A stretch of 64,000 bases of DNA from an uncultured Acidobacteriota bacterium (GCA_963757355.1 CAVWRG010000003.1:1541120-1605119); one strand, 5' to 3'; positions 47,350-57,338 are shown, counted from the first letter of the stretch. Numbers and translations are program-made. Notes: generated by a model not told the origin, from the letters alone.

Positions 47350-48281
47350 GACACCGCGCTGAGTATCTCGCGGTCCGCGTGTTGATCACGCTCGTGCGTG
47401 TGATGCCCGACTCGCTCGTCCGCGCGTGCGGGCGCGCGTTGGGGCTCGCGTTCTACACCCTTGACGGCGCGCACCGCCGCATCGCGCAGCGCAATCTCGC
47501 GGCGGCATTTCCCGGCCGCCCACTCGCCGAGCGGCGCGCAATCGCACGCCGCGCCTTCGCGCACTTCGGGCGCCTGCTGATGGAGCTGCTGAAGTTCAGC
47601 ACGTTGTCCCCGGCCGCGATGCTCGCCCGCGTCGACGTGGTGGGCGAGGAGCGCGCCCGTGCCGCCTACGCGCAGGGCAAGGGGGTGTTGTTCGTCACCG
47701 GCCACTTTGGTTTCTGGGAGCTGCAGGCAATGGTGCACGCGCTGCGCGTCGAGCCGATCGCGGTCCTCGCGCGCGCGCTGGATAACGCCGCGCTCAATCG
47801 TCTGCTCGAGGACATGCGGATGAAGACGGGCAACTCCGTGATTTACCGGAAGGGCACGATCCGCCGCGTGCTGCGCATGCTGCAGGAGGGTCACGGCGTC
47901 GCGGTGCTCATCGATCAGCACATCCAGACCCGCGACGCGATCTCTGTCGATTTCTTTCAGCGGCCCGCCGCGACCACGGCCGCGGTCGCGGCGCTGGCGC
48001 TGCGCACCGGCGCGCCGATCATGCCGGTGTTTGCGCTGCCGATCGCCGGCGGCCGCTACCGGATGATCTACGAGCACCCCGTCGAGCCGCCGCGCGCCGA
48101 CAGCCAGGACGCCGTCCGCGAGCTGACGCAGCGCTGCACCGACGTCCTCGAGATGTACGTCCGGCGCCATCCCGAACTGTGGTTGTGGATGCATCGCCGC
48201 TGGCGCGATGCCGGACCGGCGGCCGAAGACGTACCGGGCATGTTTCCATCCGCCGGCTCGGATGCGAAGGCGCCGGAATAA
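47346..48281 (+). CDS. lipid A biosynthesis (lauroyl/myristoyl) acyltransferase, LpxL/HtrB family
   Basis: ATGA overlap with lpxK. IAQRNLAAAFP.., FVTGHFGFWE (HX4E-type motif), LIDQH.. Confidence 0.85.
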   Translation: MRHRAEYLAVRVLITLVRVMPDSLVRACGRALGLAFYTLDGAHRRIAQRNLAAAFPGRPLAERRAIARRAFAHFGRLLMELLKFSTLSPAAMLARVDVVGEERARAAYAQGKGVLFVTGHFGFWELQAMVHALRVEPIAVLARALDNAALNRLLEDMRMKTGNSVIYRKGTIRRVLRMLQEGHGVAVLIDQHIQTRDAISVDFFQRPAATTAAVAALALRTGAPIMPVFALPIAGGRYRMIYEHPVEPPRADSQDAVRELTQRCTDVLEMYVRRHPELWLWMHRRWRDAGPAAEDVPGMFPSAGSDAKAPE

Positions 48282-48296
48282 GGGCGAGCCTCTTTC

Positions 48297-48360
48297 AACA
48301 CAAAGGACACCAAGGGAACAAAGGAAAAACCCTCATATCTTCCTTCGTGTCCTTTGTGTT
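48297..48360 (+). terminator. hairpin downstream of the acyltransferase gene
   Basis: AACACAAAGGACAC, a 36-nt loop, then GTGTCCTTTGTGTT, followed by a T-containing tract. Sits in the only AT-rich gap of this region. Confidence 0.5.
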
Positions 48361-48373
48361 CATTGTGTTGAAA

Positions 48374-48410
48374 AGAGAGCGCAGGGGACCTGAGAAAACC
48401 TGCGCTCTCT
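48374..48410 (-). terminator. intrinsic terminator of nadE
   Basis: On the minus strand: AGAGAGCGCAGG, a 13-nt loop, then CCTGCGCTCTCT followed by TTTTCAACAC. The stem begins at the nadE stop codon. Confidence 0.65.
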
Positions 48411-50071
48411 TACAGATCCGGGTCGAGGCGCGTGGCGATCGGCATCCGCCAGCCGATGCCGAACGCGCGGTCGGTGACCTTGAGCACCGGCGCCGCCTGC
48501 TTTCGCTTGAACTCAGCCCCGCGCACGAGACGCAGCACCCGACGAACTGTCGCCGGATCGAATCCTGCCGCGACGATGTCGCCGGCGGCCTGGTGCTGCT
48601 CGATGTGTCGCAGCAGAATGTCGTCGAGAATCTCGTACGGCGGGAGGGAATCCTGGTCCGTCTGATTCGGCCGCAGCTCTGCCGAAGGCGGCTTCGTCAG
48701 CACCGCCTCGGGAATGACCGCGCGGTGCGACATCTCGTTCAGCCATCGCGCCACCCGATAGACCATCGTCTTCGGAACGTCGGCGATCACCGCGAGGCCG
48801 CCCGACATGTCGCCGTACAGCGTGCAGTACCCGACGGCCAGCTCGGACTTGTTGCCCGTCGTCAGCAGCAGCGATCCCTGCTTGTTGGACAGCGCCATGA
48901 GCAGATTGCCGCGGATGCGCGCCTGCAGATTTTCTTCCGCGACGCCGCGCGCGGTGCCGGCGAACGGTTCGCTCAGCGTGTCCTCCATCACGCGCATGGC
49001 TGGGTCGATCGGCAGCGTGATCGTCTTCATCCCCAGTCCCGCTGCCAGCGTCATCGCGTCGTCGACGCTGCCCTGGCTGGAGAACGGCGAGGGCATCAGG
49101 ACGCCGAGCACGCGATCGGGGCCGAGCGCCTCGGCCGCCACCGCGGCGGTGAGCGCGGAATCGATACCGCCCGAGAGCCCGAGGACTGCGGAGGAGAAGC
49201 CGCACTTCCGCATGTAGTCGCGCGTGCCGAGCACAAGCGCGCGCCAGATTTCCGATTCGACGCCGACGTCTGCCGGCGGCGCAATCGTATGCGTGGCGTC
49301 GAGATCGCAGATGACGACGTCTGCCTCGAACGAGGCGCCGCGCGCGCTCGGCGCGCCGTCGCGCCGGAACGCGCAGCTGCGGCCGTCGAACACCAGGTCG
49401 TCATTGCCGCCGAACTGGTTCACGTACACAACCGGCACAGCGTGCTTGCGCGCCATCGTGCTGAGCATCTGCTCGCGGCGCTGATGCTTGCCGGCCGAAA
49501 ACGGCGACGCCGACAGGTTGACGATCGCGTCGGCGCCGGCGCGCACCAGCTCTTCGATCGGATCGTGGTGATACCGCCGCCGCTTCCAGAAGTCGCGGTC
49601 GTTCCAGATGTCCTCACAGATGCTGATGCCGAGCCGCCGCCCGTTGAGATCCAGCACCTGAGCACCGTGAAACGGCTCGAAGTAGCGGTCCTCGTCGAAC
49701 ACGTCGTAGGTCGGCAGCAGCGCCTTGCGGAAGCGGGGGCCGATCGTCCCGGCCCGCAGGAGGACGACGCTGTTGAACAGCGGGCGTCCTTCGTCCGACG
49801 GATTCGGTTCGGGCAGGCCGACGAGCACCGGTGGCAGCGCGGCCGCGTCTTCCGCGAGCCTGGCGAGCGCCTCCCACGCGCGGCGCACGAATGCGGGATT
49901 CAACAGCAGATCGCGCGGGAGGTACCCGACCATCGCCAGCTCCGGCGTGACGGCGAGGTCGGCCCCTTGATCGGAGGCGATCCGCAAGGCGTCGAGCACA
50001 AGGCGCGCGTTGCCGGCGAAGTCGCCGACGATCGGATTGATTTGCAGCAGCGCGATCTTCAAGGTCAGCAC
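48410..50071 (-). CDS. nadE: glutamine-dependent NAD+ synthase (CN-hydrolase + NAD synthetase domains)
   Basis: GTG 50071: LTLKIALLQINPIVGD.. (nitrilase-like). LGLSGGIDSALTAAVA (PP-loop). The longer ORF to 50182 would overlap the upstream gene. Confidence 0.9.
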   Translation of the reverse strand: MLTLKIALLQINPIVGDFAGNARLVLDALRIASDQGADLAVTPELAMVGYLPRDLLLNPAFVRRAWEALARLAEDAAALPPVLVGLPEPNPSDEGRPLFNSVVLLRAGTIGPRFRKALLPTYDVFDEDRYFEPFHGAQVLDLNGRRLGISICEDIWNDRDFWKRRRYHHDPIEELVRAGADAIVNLSASPFSAGKHQRREQMLSTMARKHAVPVVYVNQFGGNDDLVFDGRSCAFRRDGAPSARGASFEADVVICDLDATHTIAPPADVGVESEIWRALVLGTRDYMRKCGFSSAVLGLSGGIDSALTAAVAAEALGPDRVLGVLMPSPFSSQGSVDDAMTLAAGLGMKTITLPIDPAMRVMEDTLSEPFAGTARGVAEENLQARIRGNLLMALSNKQGSLLLTTGNKSELAVGYCTLYGDMSGGLAVIADVPKTMVYRVARWLNEMSHRAVIPEAVLTKPPSAELRPNQTDQDSLPPYEILDDILLRHIEQHQAAGDIVAAGFDPATVRRVLRLVRGAEFKRKQAAPVLKVTDRAFGIGWRMPIATRLDPDL

Positions 50072-50090
50072 GTTCCGGCGGCGACCGGAC

Positions 50091-50783
50091 CTATTCGGTG
50101 AAGCGGTACTTGAGCAGCACCCAGAGCGCAACGAATCCGGCGACCCACGTGATCTTCTTGCCGTCGCCGTAGCCCCGGCCATCGTACGTGATCGGCACTT
50201 CGTAGACGCGGTAGCCGCGCTTGAAGATCTTGGCGGTCATCTCCGGCTCGATGCCGAAGCCGTCCGACCGCAGCGTCATCGACCGCAGCACCTCGACCCG
50301 CATGGCCTTGTAGCAGGTCTCCATGTCGGTCAGCATCGTGTTGTACAGCACGTTGGTCGCCAGGGTGACGAACTTGTTCCCCAGATAATGCGCGAACATG
50401 AAGGCGCGGTGGCGGCCGAGAAAACGCGATCCGTACACGACGTCCGCGCGCCCCTTCACAATCAGGTCGATCAACTGTGGAAATTCTTCAGGTGAGTATT
50501 CGAGATCGGCATCCTGAATGACGACGATGTCGCCGGTGACGGCGGCGAAGCCGCGGCGGAGCGCCGCGCCTTTGCCCGCGTTGGCTTGTCGCAGCAGCGT
50601 GAAGCCCAGCTCCCGCGTCAGATCGTCGAGGATCTCCGCCGTCCCGTCGCCGGATCCATCGTCGACCACGATCAACTGCAGCCGGAGCGGCACGGCGAGG
50701 ACACGGCGGATGATCGCGTCGATCGTGGTACGCTCATTGTACACCGGCATGACCACCGACAGTAGCGGCCCAGCGTCAGCCAT
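50091..50783 (-). CDS. glycosyltransferase family 2 (polyprenyl-phosphate sugar synthase-like)
   Basis: LSVVMPVYNERTTI, LIVVDDGSGDGT, IQDADLEYSP. One C-terminal TM segment. Confidence 0.85.
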   Translation of the reverse strand: MADAGPLLSVVMPVYNERTTIDAIIRRVLAVPLRLQLIVVDDGSGDGTAEILDDLTRELGFTLLRQANAGKGAALRRGFAAVTGDIVVIQDADLEYSPEEFPQLIDLIVKGRADVVYGSRFLGRHRAFMFAHYLGNKFVTLATNVLYNTMLTDMETCYKAMRVEVLRSMTLRSDGFGIEPEMTAKIFKRGYRVYEVPITYDGRGYGDGKKITWVAGFVALWVLLKYRFTE

Positions 50784-50805
50784 GGAAGACGCCACCGTAC
50801 CACAG

Positions 50806-51804
50806 ATGCGCCACCTGGTCATCCTTGCGCCGAACTGGCTCGGTGATGCTGTGATGGCGCTGCCCGCGATGGCGGACGTGCGCCGCCAGATCCCGCGCGC
50901 GACGATCACCGTGGCCGCGCGTCCGGCGGTGGCGCCGCTGTTCGGCATGGTGCGCGATGTGGACGCGACCATCGTGCTCGCACCGCGCCGCGACGTGTCC
51001 GGATGGCTCGACGCGGGGGCCGAACTGCGAAGCGAGCGCTTCGACGCCGCGCTGCTCTTGCCGAATTCGTTTCAGTCCGCATTCACGGCGTCGCGCGCCG
51101 GCATTGCGGAGCGGTGGGGCTATCGCACCGACTGGCGCCGTGCGCTGCTGACGAAGAGTGTGGCGGCGCCGAGAGGCGTCCATCAGATCGAGTATTACCA
51201 GCACCTCGTACGCGCGCTGGGATTTCCGAGCGGGCCGGCAGAGCCGTCGATCGACGTGACGGCCAGTGCGCGCGACAGCGGACACGGCGCGCTGATGCGT
51301 GCGGGCTGGGACGGCCGCACGGCCATCGTCGCACTCGCGCCTGGCGCCGCGTATGGCGGGGCCAAGAGATGGCCGCCGGCATATTTCGCCGAGTTGGTGC
51401 GCTCACTGCGCGCCGACGGCGTCGTCTGCGTGATGGTCGGCAGCGCCGCCGATCGACGGACCGGCGACGAGATCGACGCGGCCTGCGGCGGTGCCTGCGG
51501 ATTGCTGAATCTGATTGGCGCGACGGACCTTTCCACGCTCGCTGGCGTCCTCGTCCAGTGCCGTTCGCTCGTGTCCAACGATTCGGGCGCCATGCACGTC
51601 GGCGCGGCGGCCGGTGTGCCGGTCACTGCGGTGTTCGGACCGACCAACGATCGCGCCACGCGGCCGCCCGGCGGCGCGCACGTCGTGCTGACGCATCCGG
51701 TCTGGTGCCGGCCGTGCATGCTCCGCGAGTGTCCGCTGGATCATCGCTGCATGCGGGGCGTGAGCGCGAAGGCGGTGCACGAAGCCGCGCGGCGGAACCT
51801 GTGA
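50806..51804 (+). CDS. ADP-heptose:LPS heptosyltransferase (GT9, WaaF-like)
   Basis: MRHLVILAPNWLGDAVMALPA.., APGAAYGGAKRWP, SNDSGAMHVGAA. An alternative ATG at 50782 overlaps the divergent gene's ATG within CCATGG. Confidence 0.85.
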   Translation: MRHLVILAPNWLGDAVMALPAMADVRRQIPRATITVAARPAVAPLFGMVRDVDATIVLAPRRDVSGWLDAGAELRSERFDAALLLPNSFQSAFTASRAGIAERWGYRTDWRRALLTKSVAAPRGVHQIEYYQHLVRALGFPSGPAEPSIDVTASARDSGHGALMRAGWDGRTAIVALAPGAAYGGAKRWPPAYFAELVRSLRADGVVCVMVGSAADRRTGDEIDAACGGACGLLNLIGATDLSTLAGVLVQCRSLVSNDSGAMHVGAAAGVPVTAVFGPTNDRATRPPGGAHVVLTHPVWCRPCMLRECPLDHRCMRGVSAKAVHEAARRNL

Positions 51805-52382
51805 CGGCAGCAGCGGCAGTGTTCGTGGACCGCGACGGCACGCTCATCGAGGAGGTCGGCTATCTCGATCGCGTCGATCGCGTTGCGCTCTACCCGTGGA
51901 CGACCGACGCCCTTCGCGCGTTGAACCGGGCGGGACTCCCGGTGATCCTCGTGTCCAACCAGTCCGGCATCGCGCGCGGCTTTTTCACCGAGGCGGTCGT
52001 CGACGAGGTCCACGCGCGCATGGCGGCGCTGCTCGAAGCCGGCGGCGCGCACATCGACGCGTATTATTATTGTCCCCATCATCCCGATGGCAAGATGCCC
52101 GGCTACGGCCGCGCGTGCGACTGCCGCAAGCCGAAGCGCGGGCTGGTCGATCGCGCGGTCAACGAGCTCAACGTGGATCCCGCTCGCTCGTTCGTGGTCG
52201 GCGATCGATGGCTGGACGTGGGCCTGGCGCAGACGATGGGCGGACGCAGCGTGCTGGTGCGGACGGGATACGGAGCAGACGAGGAACGACGGCCACAGCC
52301 GAATCTCGTCGCGGACGCGATCGTGGACAACTTCGCCGGCGCTGCGAGCTGGATTCTGCGAACCCTCAAATCGGCACGCTGA
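51801..52382 (+). CDS. gmhB: D-glycero-beta-D-manno-heptose 1,7-bisphosphate 7-phosphatase
   Basis: GTGA overlap with the upstream gene. VFVDRDGTL (HAD motif I), VSNQSGIARG, CPHHP...CDCRKP (Zn site), VGDRWLD. Confidence 0.88.
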   Translation: MTAAAAVFVDRDGTLIEEVGYLDRVDRVALYPWTTDALRALNRAGLPVILVSNQSGIARGFFTEAVVDEVHARMAALLEAGGAHIDAYYYCPHHPDGKMPGYGRACDCRKPKRGLVDRAVNELNVDPARSFVVGDRWLDVGLAQTMGGRSVLVRTGYGADEERRPQPNLVADAIVDNFAGAASWILRTLKSAR

Positions 52383-52390
52383 AATCTGAA

Positions 52391-53503
52391 ATGTATATTG
52401 CCCGTTCCGTTCATCCCCTGCCCGGCGAAGCCGAACGCAAGGAGCGGCTGCTGGCGCTCGTGGACGGCTTCACCAGCCGCCGCGTGCTCGTCATCGGCGA
52501 TCTGATTGCGGACGAGTTCATCTACGGCGAAGTTGCGCGCGTGTCGCGCGAGGCGCCGGTGCTGATTCTGAAGTACGACGCGACGGAAATGGTTGCGGGC
52601 GGCGCAGGCAACGCGGCGAACAATGTCGCGGCGCTCGGCGGCCGCGCCGATCTCGCGGGCCTGGCGGGCACAGACGCCGAAGGACGGCGGTTGATCGCCA
52701 GTTTTCCGCGCGGCGTGAATACCAGGCACGTCGTCCGCTCCGCGCCTTATCGGACGCCGGTCAAGACGCGCATTCTCGCCGGCGGCGTGCATTCGTCGAA
52801 GCAGCAGGTCGTCCGGATCGACCGCGAGACCGGCTGGCCCCTGACCGAACAGGTCAGCCGCGCGTTCGCGAAGGGACTCTCGCAGGCGATTGCCGAGTGC
52901 GACGCGGTGGTGCTGTCTGACTATGGATCCGGCCTCGTGACGCCGGAGCTCGCATCCTCGATCCAGACGGCGCTCCTGCGGCGGACCCGGCGGCGTCCGA
53001 TCCCTCTTCTGGTCGATTCGCGCTATCGCCTGCTCGAATATCGCGGGCTCACGACGTGCACGCCGAACGAAGCGGAAGTCGAGGCGGCGGTCGGTATTCG
53101 GATCGACGATGACGCGGAGGCGCTGGAACGGGCGGGGCGCGTGCTGCTGCGCCGGACGGCGGCGCAGGCTGTTCTGATCACGCGCGGCAGCCGCGGCATG
53201 GCGCTGTTCCAGCAGAAGCAGCCGACGATTCACATTCCGATCTTCGGCTCCGACGAGGTGGCCGATGTGACGGGCGCGGGCGATACGGTGATCGCCACGT
53301 TCGGGCTCGCGCTCGCGGCCGGGGCGTCATTTTACGAAGCGGCGTGCCTGGCGAACTATGCGGGCGGGCTGGTCGTGATGAAGCGCGGGACGGCGACCGT
53401 GTCGGCGCGCGAGCTGACCGATGCCGTCACGAGCGATCACGACACGACGCTGGAGAACTGGTCGCAGGAAGGGCCGGCTCAAGGACGGCGGGCAGAACAT
53501 TAA
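52391..53503 (+). CDS. D-glycero-beta-D-manno-heptose-7-phosphate kinase (RfaE domain I / HldA-type, PfkB family)
   Basis: VLVIGDLIADEFIYGEV.RVSREAPV, GGAGNAANNVAALGG, TPNEAE, DVTGAGDTVIA. Confidence 0.88.
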   Translation: MYIARSVHPLPGEAERKERLLALVDGFTSRRVLVIGDLIADEFIYGEVARVSREAPVLILKYDATEMVAGGAGNAANNVAALGGRADLAGLAGTDAEGRRLIASFPRGVNTRHVVRSAPYRTPVKTRILAGGVHSSKQQVVRIDRETGWPLTEQVSRAFAKGLSQAIAECDAVVLSDYGSGLVTPELASSIQTALLRRTRRRPIPLLVDSRYRLLEYRGLTTCTPNEAEVEAAVGIRIDDDAEALERAGRVLLRRTAAQAVLITRGSRGMALFQQKQPTIHIPIFGSDEVADVTGAGDTVIATFGLALAAGASFYEAACLANYAGGLVVMKRGTATVSARELTDAVTSDHDTTLENWSQEGPAQGRRAEH

Positions 53504-53525
53504 ACTTGCAGATTGCGAGCAGACC

Positions 53526-53713
53526 TAGCGCAGGACTTCGGCCTTCGTGTGAAGCTTCGGCGGTTAGCCCTGCCGCACAGACGTGGCGCAGGACTTCGGC
53601 CTTCGCGTGAAGCTTCGGCGGTTAGTTCTACCGTACAGACTGGCGCCGGACTGCCGCTTCGCGTGCCGCATCGTCTGGGAGAGACAGGCGTGGCGCAGGA
53701 CTTCAGTCCTGCC
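53526..53713. repeat. array of about 3.5 degenerate 50-58-bp units ending in a family A REP element
   Basis: Units start GCGCAGGACTTCGGCCTTCG(T/C)GTGAAGCTTCGGCGGTTAG.. at 53528 and 53586. A degenerate unit is at 53643. A canonical GTGGCGCAGGACTTCAGTCCTGCC lies at 53690-53713. Confidence 0.85.
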
Positions 53714-53715
53714 GT

Positions 53716-54189
53716 GTGATGGGAATCATTCTTACTGAATCCGAGCTCGTTGAAGCGGTCGCGCGCGATCGCGCCGCGGCGCGCACTGTCGCGTTTGCCA
53801 ACGGCTGCTTCGATCTGCTTCACGTCGGACACGTACGATACCTGCAGGCCGCCGCGGCGGAGGCCGATCGGTTGATCGTCGCCGTCAACGACGATCGATC
53901 GCTGGCGTCGCTCAAGGGCCCGGGACGCCCGATCCTCAGCGCGCCCGATCGCGCCGAGCTCGTCGCGGCGCTTCGCGGCGTCAACTACGTCGTGGTCTTC
54001 GGCGATGCGACGGTCGAGCGTCTGCTCCGCCTCCTCGAGCCGGACGTGCACTGCAAAGGCACGGACTACACCGTCGAAACCGTGCCCGAACGCGCGGTCG
54101 TGCAGTCCTATGGCGGCCGAACCGCCATCGTCGGCGATCCGAAGCGTCACTCGACGCGGGATTTGCTGTCACGGCTGTCGCGTGGCTGA
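53716..54189 (+). CDS. D-glycero-beta-D-manno-heptose 1-phosphate adenylyltransferase (RfaE domain II / HldC-type)
   Basis: VAFANGCFDLLHVGHVRYL (HxGH cytidylyltransferase motif), VAVNDD, KGTDYT. Confidence 0.9.
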   Translation: MMGIILTESELVEAVARDRAAARTVAFANGCFDLLHVGHVRYLQAAAAEADRLIVAVNDDRSLASLKGPGRPILSAPDRAELVAALRGVNYVVVFGDATVERLLRLLEPDVHCKGTDYTVETVPERAVVQSYGGRTAIVGDPKRHSTRDLLSRLSRG

Positions 54190-55264
54190 TTCTGCTCCGG
54201 AGCGCATTCTGCTGGTGCGTCTCGGCGCGCTTGGCGACATCGTCCATGCGATACCGGTGGCCGCCGCCTTGCGGCGCGCGTTTCCGTCGGCGCGCATCGA
54301 CTGGCTCGTCAGTGCCAAGCACCGCGAGATTCTCGATCTCGTGCCGGTGATCGACCGCCGGCTCGTGATCAACGATCGTCCGTCGGCGAATGTGAGACGT
54401 GATGCGGCGCGCGGCGAGGCGGACGGCGGAACGTCGCTCCTGCAGGCGATCGGTGAGCTGCGGCGCGCGCGCTACGATGTAGCGATCGACCTGCAGGGCC
54501 TGATCAAATCGGCGGTGCTCGCCCGGGCATCGGGCGCGGCTCGCGTCGTTGGCTTCGCGGCGTCGTACGTGCGCGAGAGGCTCGCACGGATCTTCTACAC
54601 CGACGTCTACGATCCTGGTTCGCGCGGCGTACGCGATCACGCTGAGACGCGGCACATCGTCGACATCAATCTCGGCCTGCTGGCGCCGCTCGGCGTGACG
54701 ACCGCCGCGGCAGAGTTCCCGATCGAGCCCGTGAGCTCGACGGTGGCGAAGACGGTTGCTGAGCAGACCGGCGGCCGCTACGCGCTGCTCAACCCGGGCG
54801 CGGCGTGGCCCAACAAGCGGTGGCCGCCGGCGCGATTCGGCGCTGTGGCGCGAGCGCTGCGCGAGCGGCACGGCTTGACGTCCGCCGTGTTGTGGGGACC
54901 CCGCGAAGAGGCGCTGGCGCAGGAGGTGGTCGCCGCATCAGACGGCAACGCTTTGCTGGCGCCGCAGACGACGATTGCGGATCTGGTGGCGCTGGGGCGC
55001 GGCGCGGCGCTGATCGTGTCGGGCGATACGGGCCCCACCCACATCGCGGCTGCAGTCGGCACGCCGATCGTGAGTCTGTTCGGGCCGACGCGGCCGCAGC
55101 GCAACGGCCCGTGGTCGCCGGAAGACATCGCTGTGTCCAGGGACACGATCTGCCAGTGTCATCACCTCCGGAGATGCACGAGGCCGTCGATGTGCCTGCT
55201 GGATATTCAAGTGGACGAAGTGCTGCAGGCGATCGATCGGCGGCTCGCAGGTGAGCGGAGATGA
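54182..55264 (+). CDS. ADP-heptose:LPS heptosyltransferase (GT9, WaaC-like)
   Basis: GTG 54182 overlaps the upstream stop. ILLVRLGALGDIVHAIPVAAAL, IDWLV, NPGAAWPNKRWP, SGDTGPTHIAAA. Confidence 0.85.
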   Translation: MADSAPERILLVRLGALGDIVHAIPVAAALRRAFPSARIDWLVSAKHREILDLVPVIDRRLVINDRPSANVRRDAARGEADGGTSLLQAIGELRRARYDVAIDLQGLIKSAVLARASGAARVVGFAASYVRERLARIFYTDVYDPGSRGVRDHAETRHIVDINLGLLAPLGVTTAAAEFPIEPVSSTVAKTVAEQTGGRYALLNPGAAWPNKRWPPARFGAVARALRERHGLTSAVLWGPREEALAQEVVAASDGNALLAPQTTIADLVALGRGAALIVSGDTGPTHIAAAVGTPIVSLFGPTRPQRNGPWSPEDIAVSRDTICQCHHLRRCTRPSMCLLDIQVDEVLQAIDRRLAGERR

Positions 55265-55809
55265 TGGCGGCGCGCCTCGCGCGGCTTCGCGTGCCGCTCG
55301 GCTTCGTGTTCGGCATCGCGGTGCTGTGGCTCGCGCAGCCGACGGCGGCAACATTGGCGGCTGGCGTCCCGGTCGCGGTGGCGGGAGAATCGCTGCGCGT
55401 CTGGGCGGCGGGTCACCTCAACAAGTCGCGCGAAGTGACCTCGTCTGGTCCCTACCGATGGTTTGCGCATCCGCTGTATGTCGGGTCGTCGATCATGGGC
55501 GTCGGCTTGGCCATTGCGTCGGGCAGCGTGGCTGTGGCGCTGCTGATCGCGGTGTACCTGGGAGCGACGCTCACCGCGGCAGTCACGAGTGAGGAGGCGT
55601 TTCTGCGCCGGACCTTCGGTGATCGGTATGATCGGTATCGTCGGAGTCGGCTGGCGCCAGGCGTCGATTCGCAGCGCCGCTTCACGTTCGCGCAGGCGCT
55701 GGCCAATCACGAGCAGCGCGCGATTGCGGGTCTGGTGGCGGCCGTGTTGCTGCTCATCCTGAAGGCAACGTATAATGGTGCGTTTTGGTGGGCAGCAGCT
55801 GGCCCATGA
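55261..55809 (+). CDS. ICMT/PEMT-family membrane methyltransferase
   Basis: Multi-TM protein. GPYRWFAHPLYVGSSIMGVG and EEAFLRRTFGDRYDRY are the family's C-terminal signature. Confidence 0.8.
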   Translation: MMAARLARLRVPLGFVFGIAVLWLAQPTAATLAAGVPVAVAGESLRVWAAGHLNKSREVTSSGPYRWFAHPLYVGSSIMGVGLAIASGSVAVALLIAVYLGATLTAAVTSEEAFLRRTFGDRYDRYRRSRLAPGVDSQRRFTFAQALANHEQRAIAGLVAAVLLLILKATYNGAFWWAAAGP

Positions 55810-55813
55810 GTAA

Positions 55814-55885
55814 GGGCGGTTAGCTCAGTGGTAGAGCACCGGCTTTACACGCCGGCTGTCACAGGTTCGAATCCTGTACCGCCCA
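55814..55885 (+). tRNA. tRNA-Val (anticodon TAC)
   Basis: GGGCGGT TA GCTC AGTGGTA GAGC A CCGGC TTTACAC GCCGG CTGTC ACAGG TTCGAAT CCTGT ACCGCCC A. No encoded CCA. Confidence 0.9.
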
Positions 55886-56005
55886 CTAAAAGTACGCAAC
55901 TGGCAGTTGGTGATTTGGTCAGTTGGTGAATTGGTGATTCGAATGCACCGATTCGCTGATTCACGAGTTCGCCGATTCGCCAACGACGGATGCACGTTCC
56001 AAATC

Positions 56006-56273
<268 letters not shown>

Positions 56274-56281
56274 AAGTCATA

Positions 56282-56620
56282 CTAGGTGTTGGGGATAGCG
56301 GATTTCGCATCCGCCGTCTCCAACATTTCTCCACGACCGCGGGGCACTCCCGAGCAATCGAGCAACCGAATCGCCATGTCCAGTGCAGCGGGACTGAGGT
56401 GCATGTACCGCTGTGTCGTTGAGAGATCCTTGTGCCCTGCCAAATCTTGGATGGCTCTGGCAGGCGCACCCCGCATGGATAGATGCGAACAGAATGTGCG
56501 GCGCAACCGATGGACGCCACTGTCACCGAGCTGAGCTCGTCGTGCCGCCCGCTCGACGTGATGTTTCACCATGTCCGCCGAAAGCGAAGCACAACAGGCG
56601 GGTATGACGTACTCAGCCAA
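56282..56620 (-). pseudogene. tyrosine recombinase/integrase, C-terminal catalytic fragment only
   Basis: ..GVHRLRRTFCSHLSMRGAPARAIQDLAGHKDLSTTQRYMHLSP (HxLR box, GH, catalytic Tyr). The frame is closed by TAG about 50 nt upstream. No box I Arg or N-terminal SAM-like domain is present. Confidence 0.75.
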
Positions 56621-57338
56621 TCTCGGACTGCCGCAACTTCTGCTTGTCTTGGCCGTGATCCTCGGGATCTACGGATTCATGCGACTGCGTTGATGCGAGA
56701 GTGGAAAGCAGCCCAATTGGCGGGCTAACAAAACGAGCTACCGATGGTAGTAAACGAGGATCGGTTTCGGGGAACGGTCGGCTCGGATCGGTTCGCCTTT
56801 CGACAGGCGTATCCGGAAAGGGCCAGAATCGCCCCGATCATCAGCACGGCTACAAGAAGGCGCCGCATGATTCGGATTATAGCCCACAGGCGACGGGCCT
56901 TTCAGGGGGAATGAGATGACGAAACGCTGGGAGCGCTCACACGCGAACGGTTGGACCGCAACGGTCCAGGCCGACGGTGAGTTCTTCAACACGTCGGCGC
57001 ACGAAGTCGGCGTTCCCGCCGCGCAGGCATGTCAGTCAGGGCATCGTTGACTCACGCCTGGCGCAACAGGTTGCCGATGGGAGAGTGCCAGCGCACGATT
57101 GTCAGTGCAGAGGGTGGGTTGAGCGAATGGAGACTATCCGTTGACGCGCGTCGAGGAATTCACGAGCCGTGATTTGACAAGGCACATTTACCCTTAACAC
57201 TGGATCGAGCCAACTCAAGGGCATTCGATCAGGGGATGTCGATCCCTGTGACAATCCGACGCTGATTCCGCTTGCGCCTGCGTTGCGTGTGGTTGCGGCT
57301 GCAGGCCGCGATCTAATATCCCACAAAGGGAGGTGACG

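Noticed and set aside
50781-50784. Divergent GT2 and GT9 genes whose candidate ATGs overlap within the palindrome CCATGG.
   Set aside because: The GT9 gene more plausibly starts at ATG 50806 (MRHLVILAPNWLGD, the family-typical N-terminus). The overlap is therefore probably coincidental.
55886-56005. Lower-GC 120-bp spacer between tRNA-Val and tRNA-Asp with TTGGTGA/GATTCGC-type short repeats and an imperfect inverted repeat.
   Set aside because: It is short, imperfect and consistent with an ordinary tRNA-operon spacer or processing hairpin. No ORF or known RNA motif was recognised.
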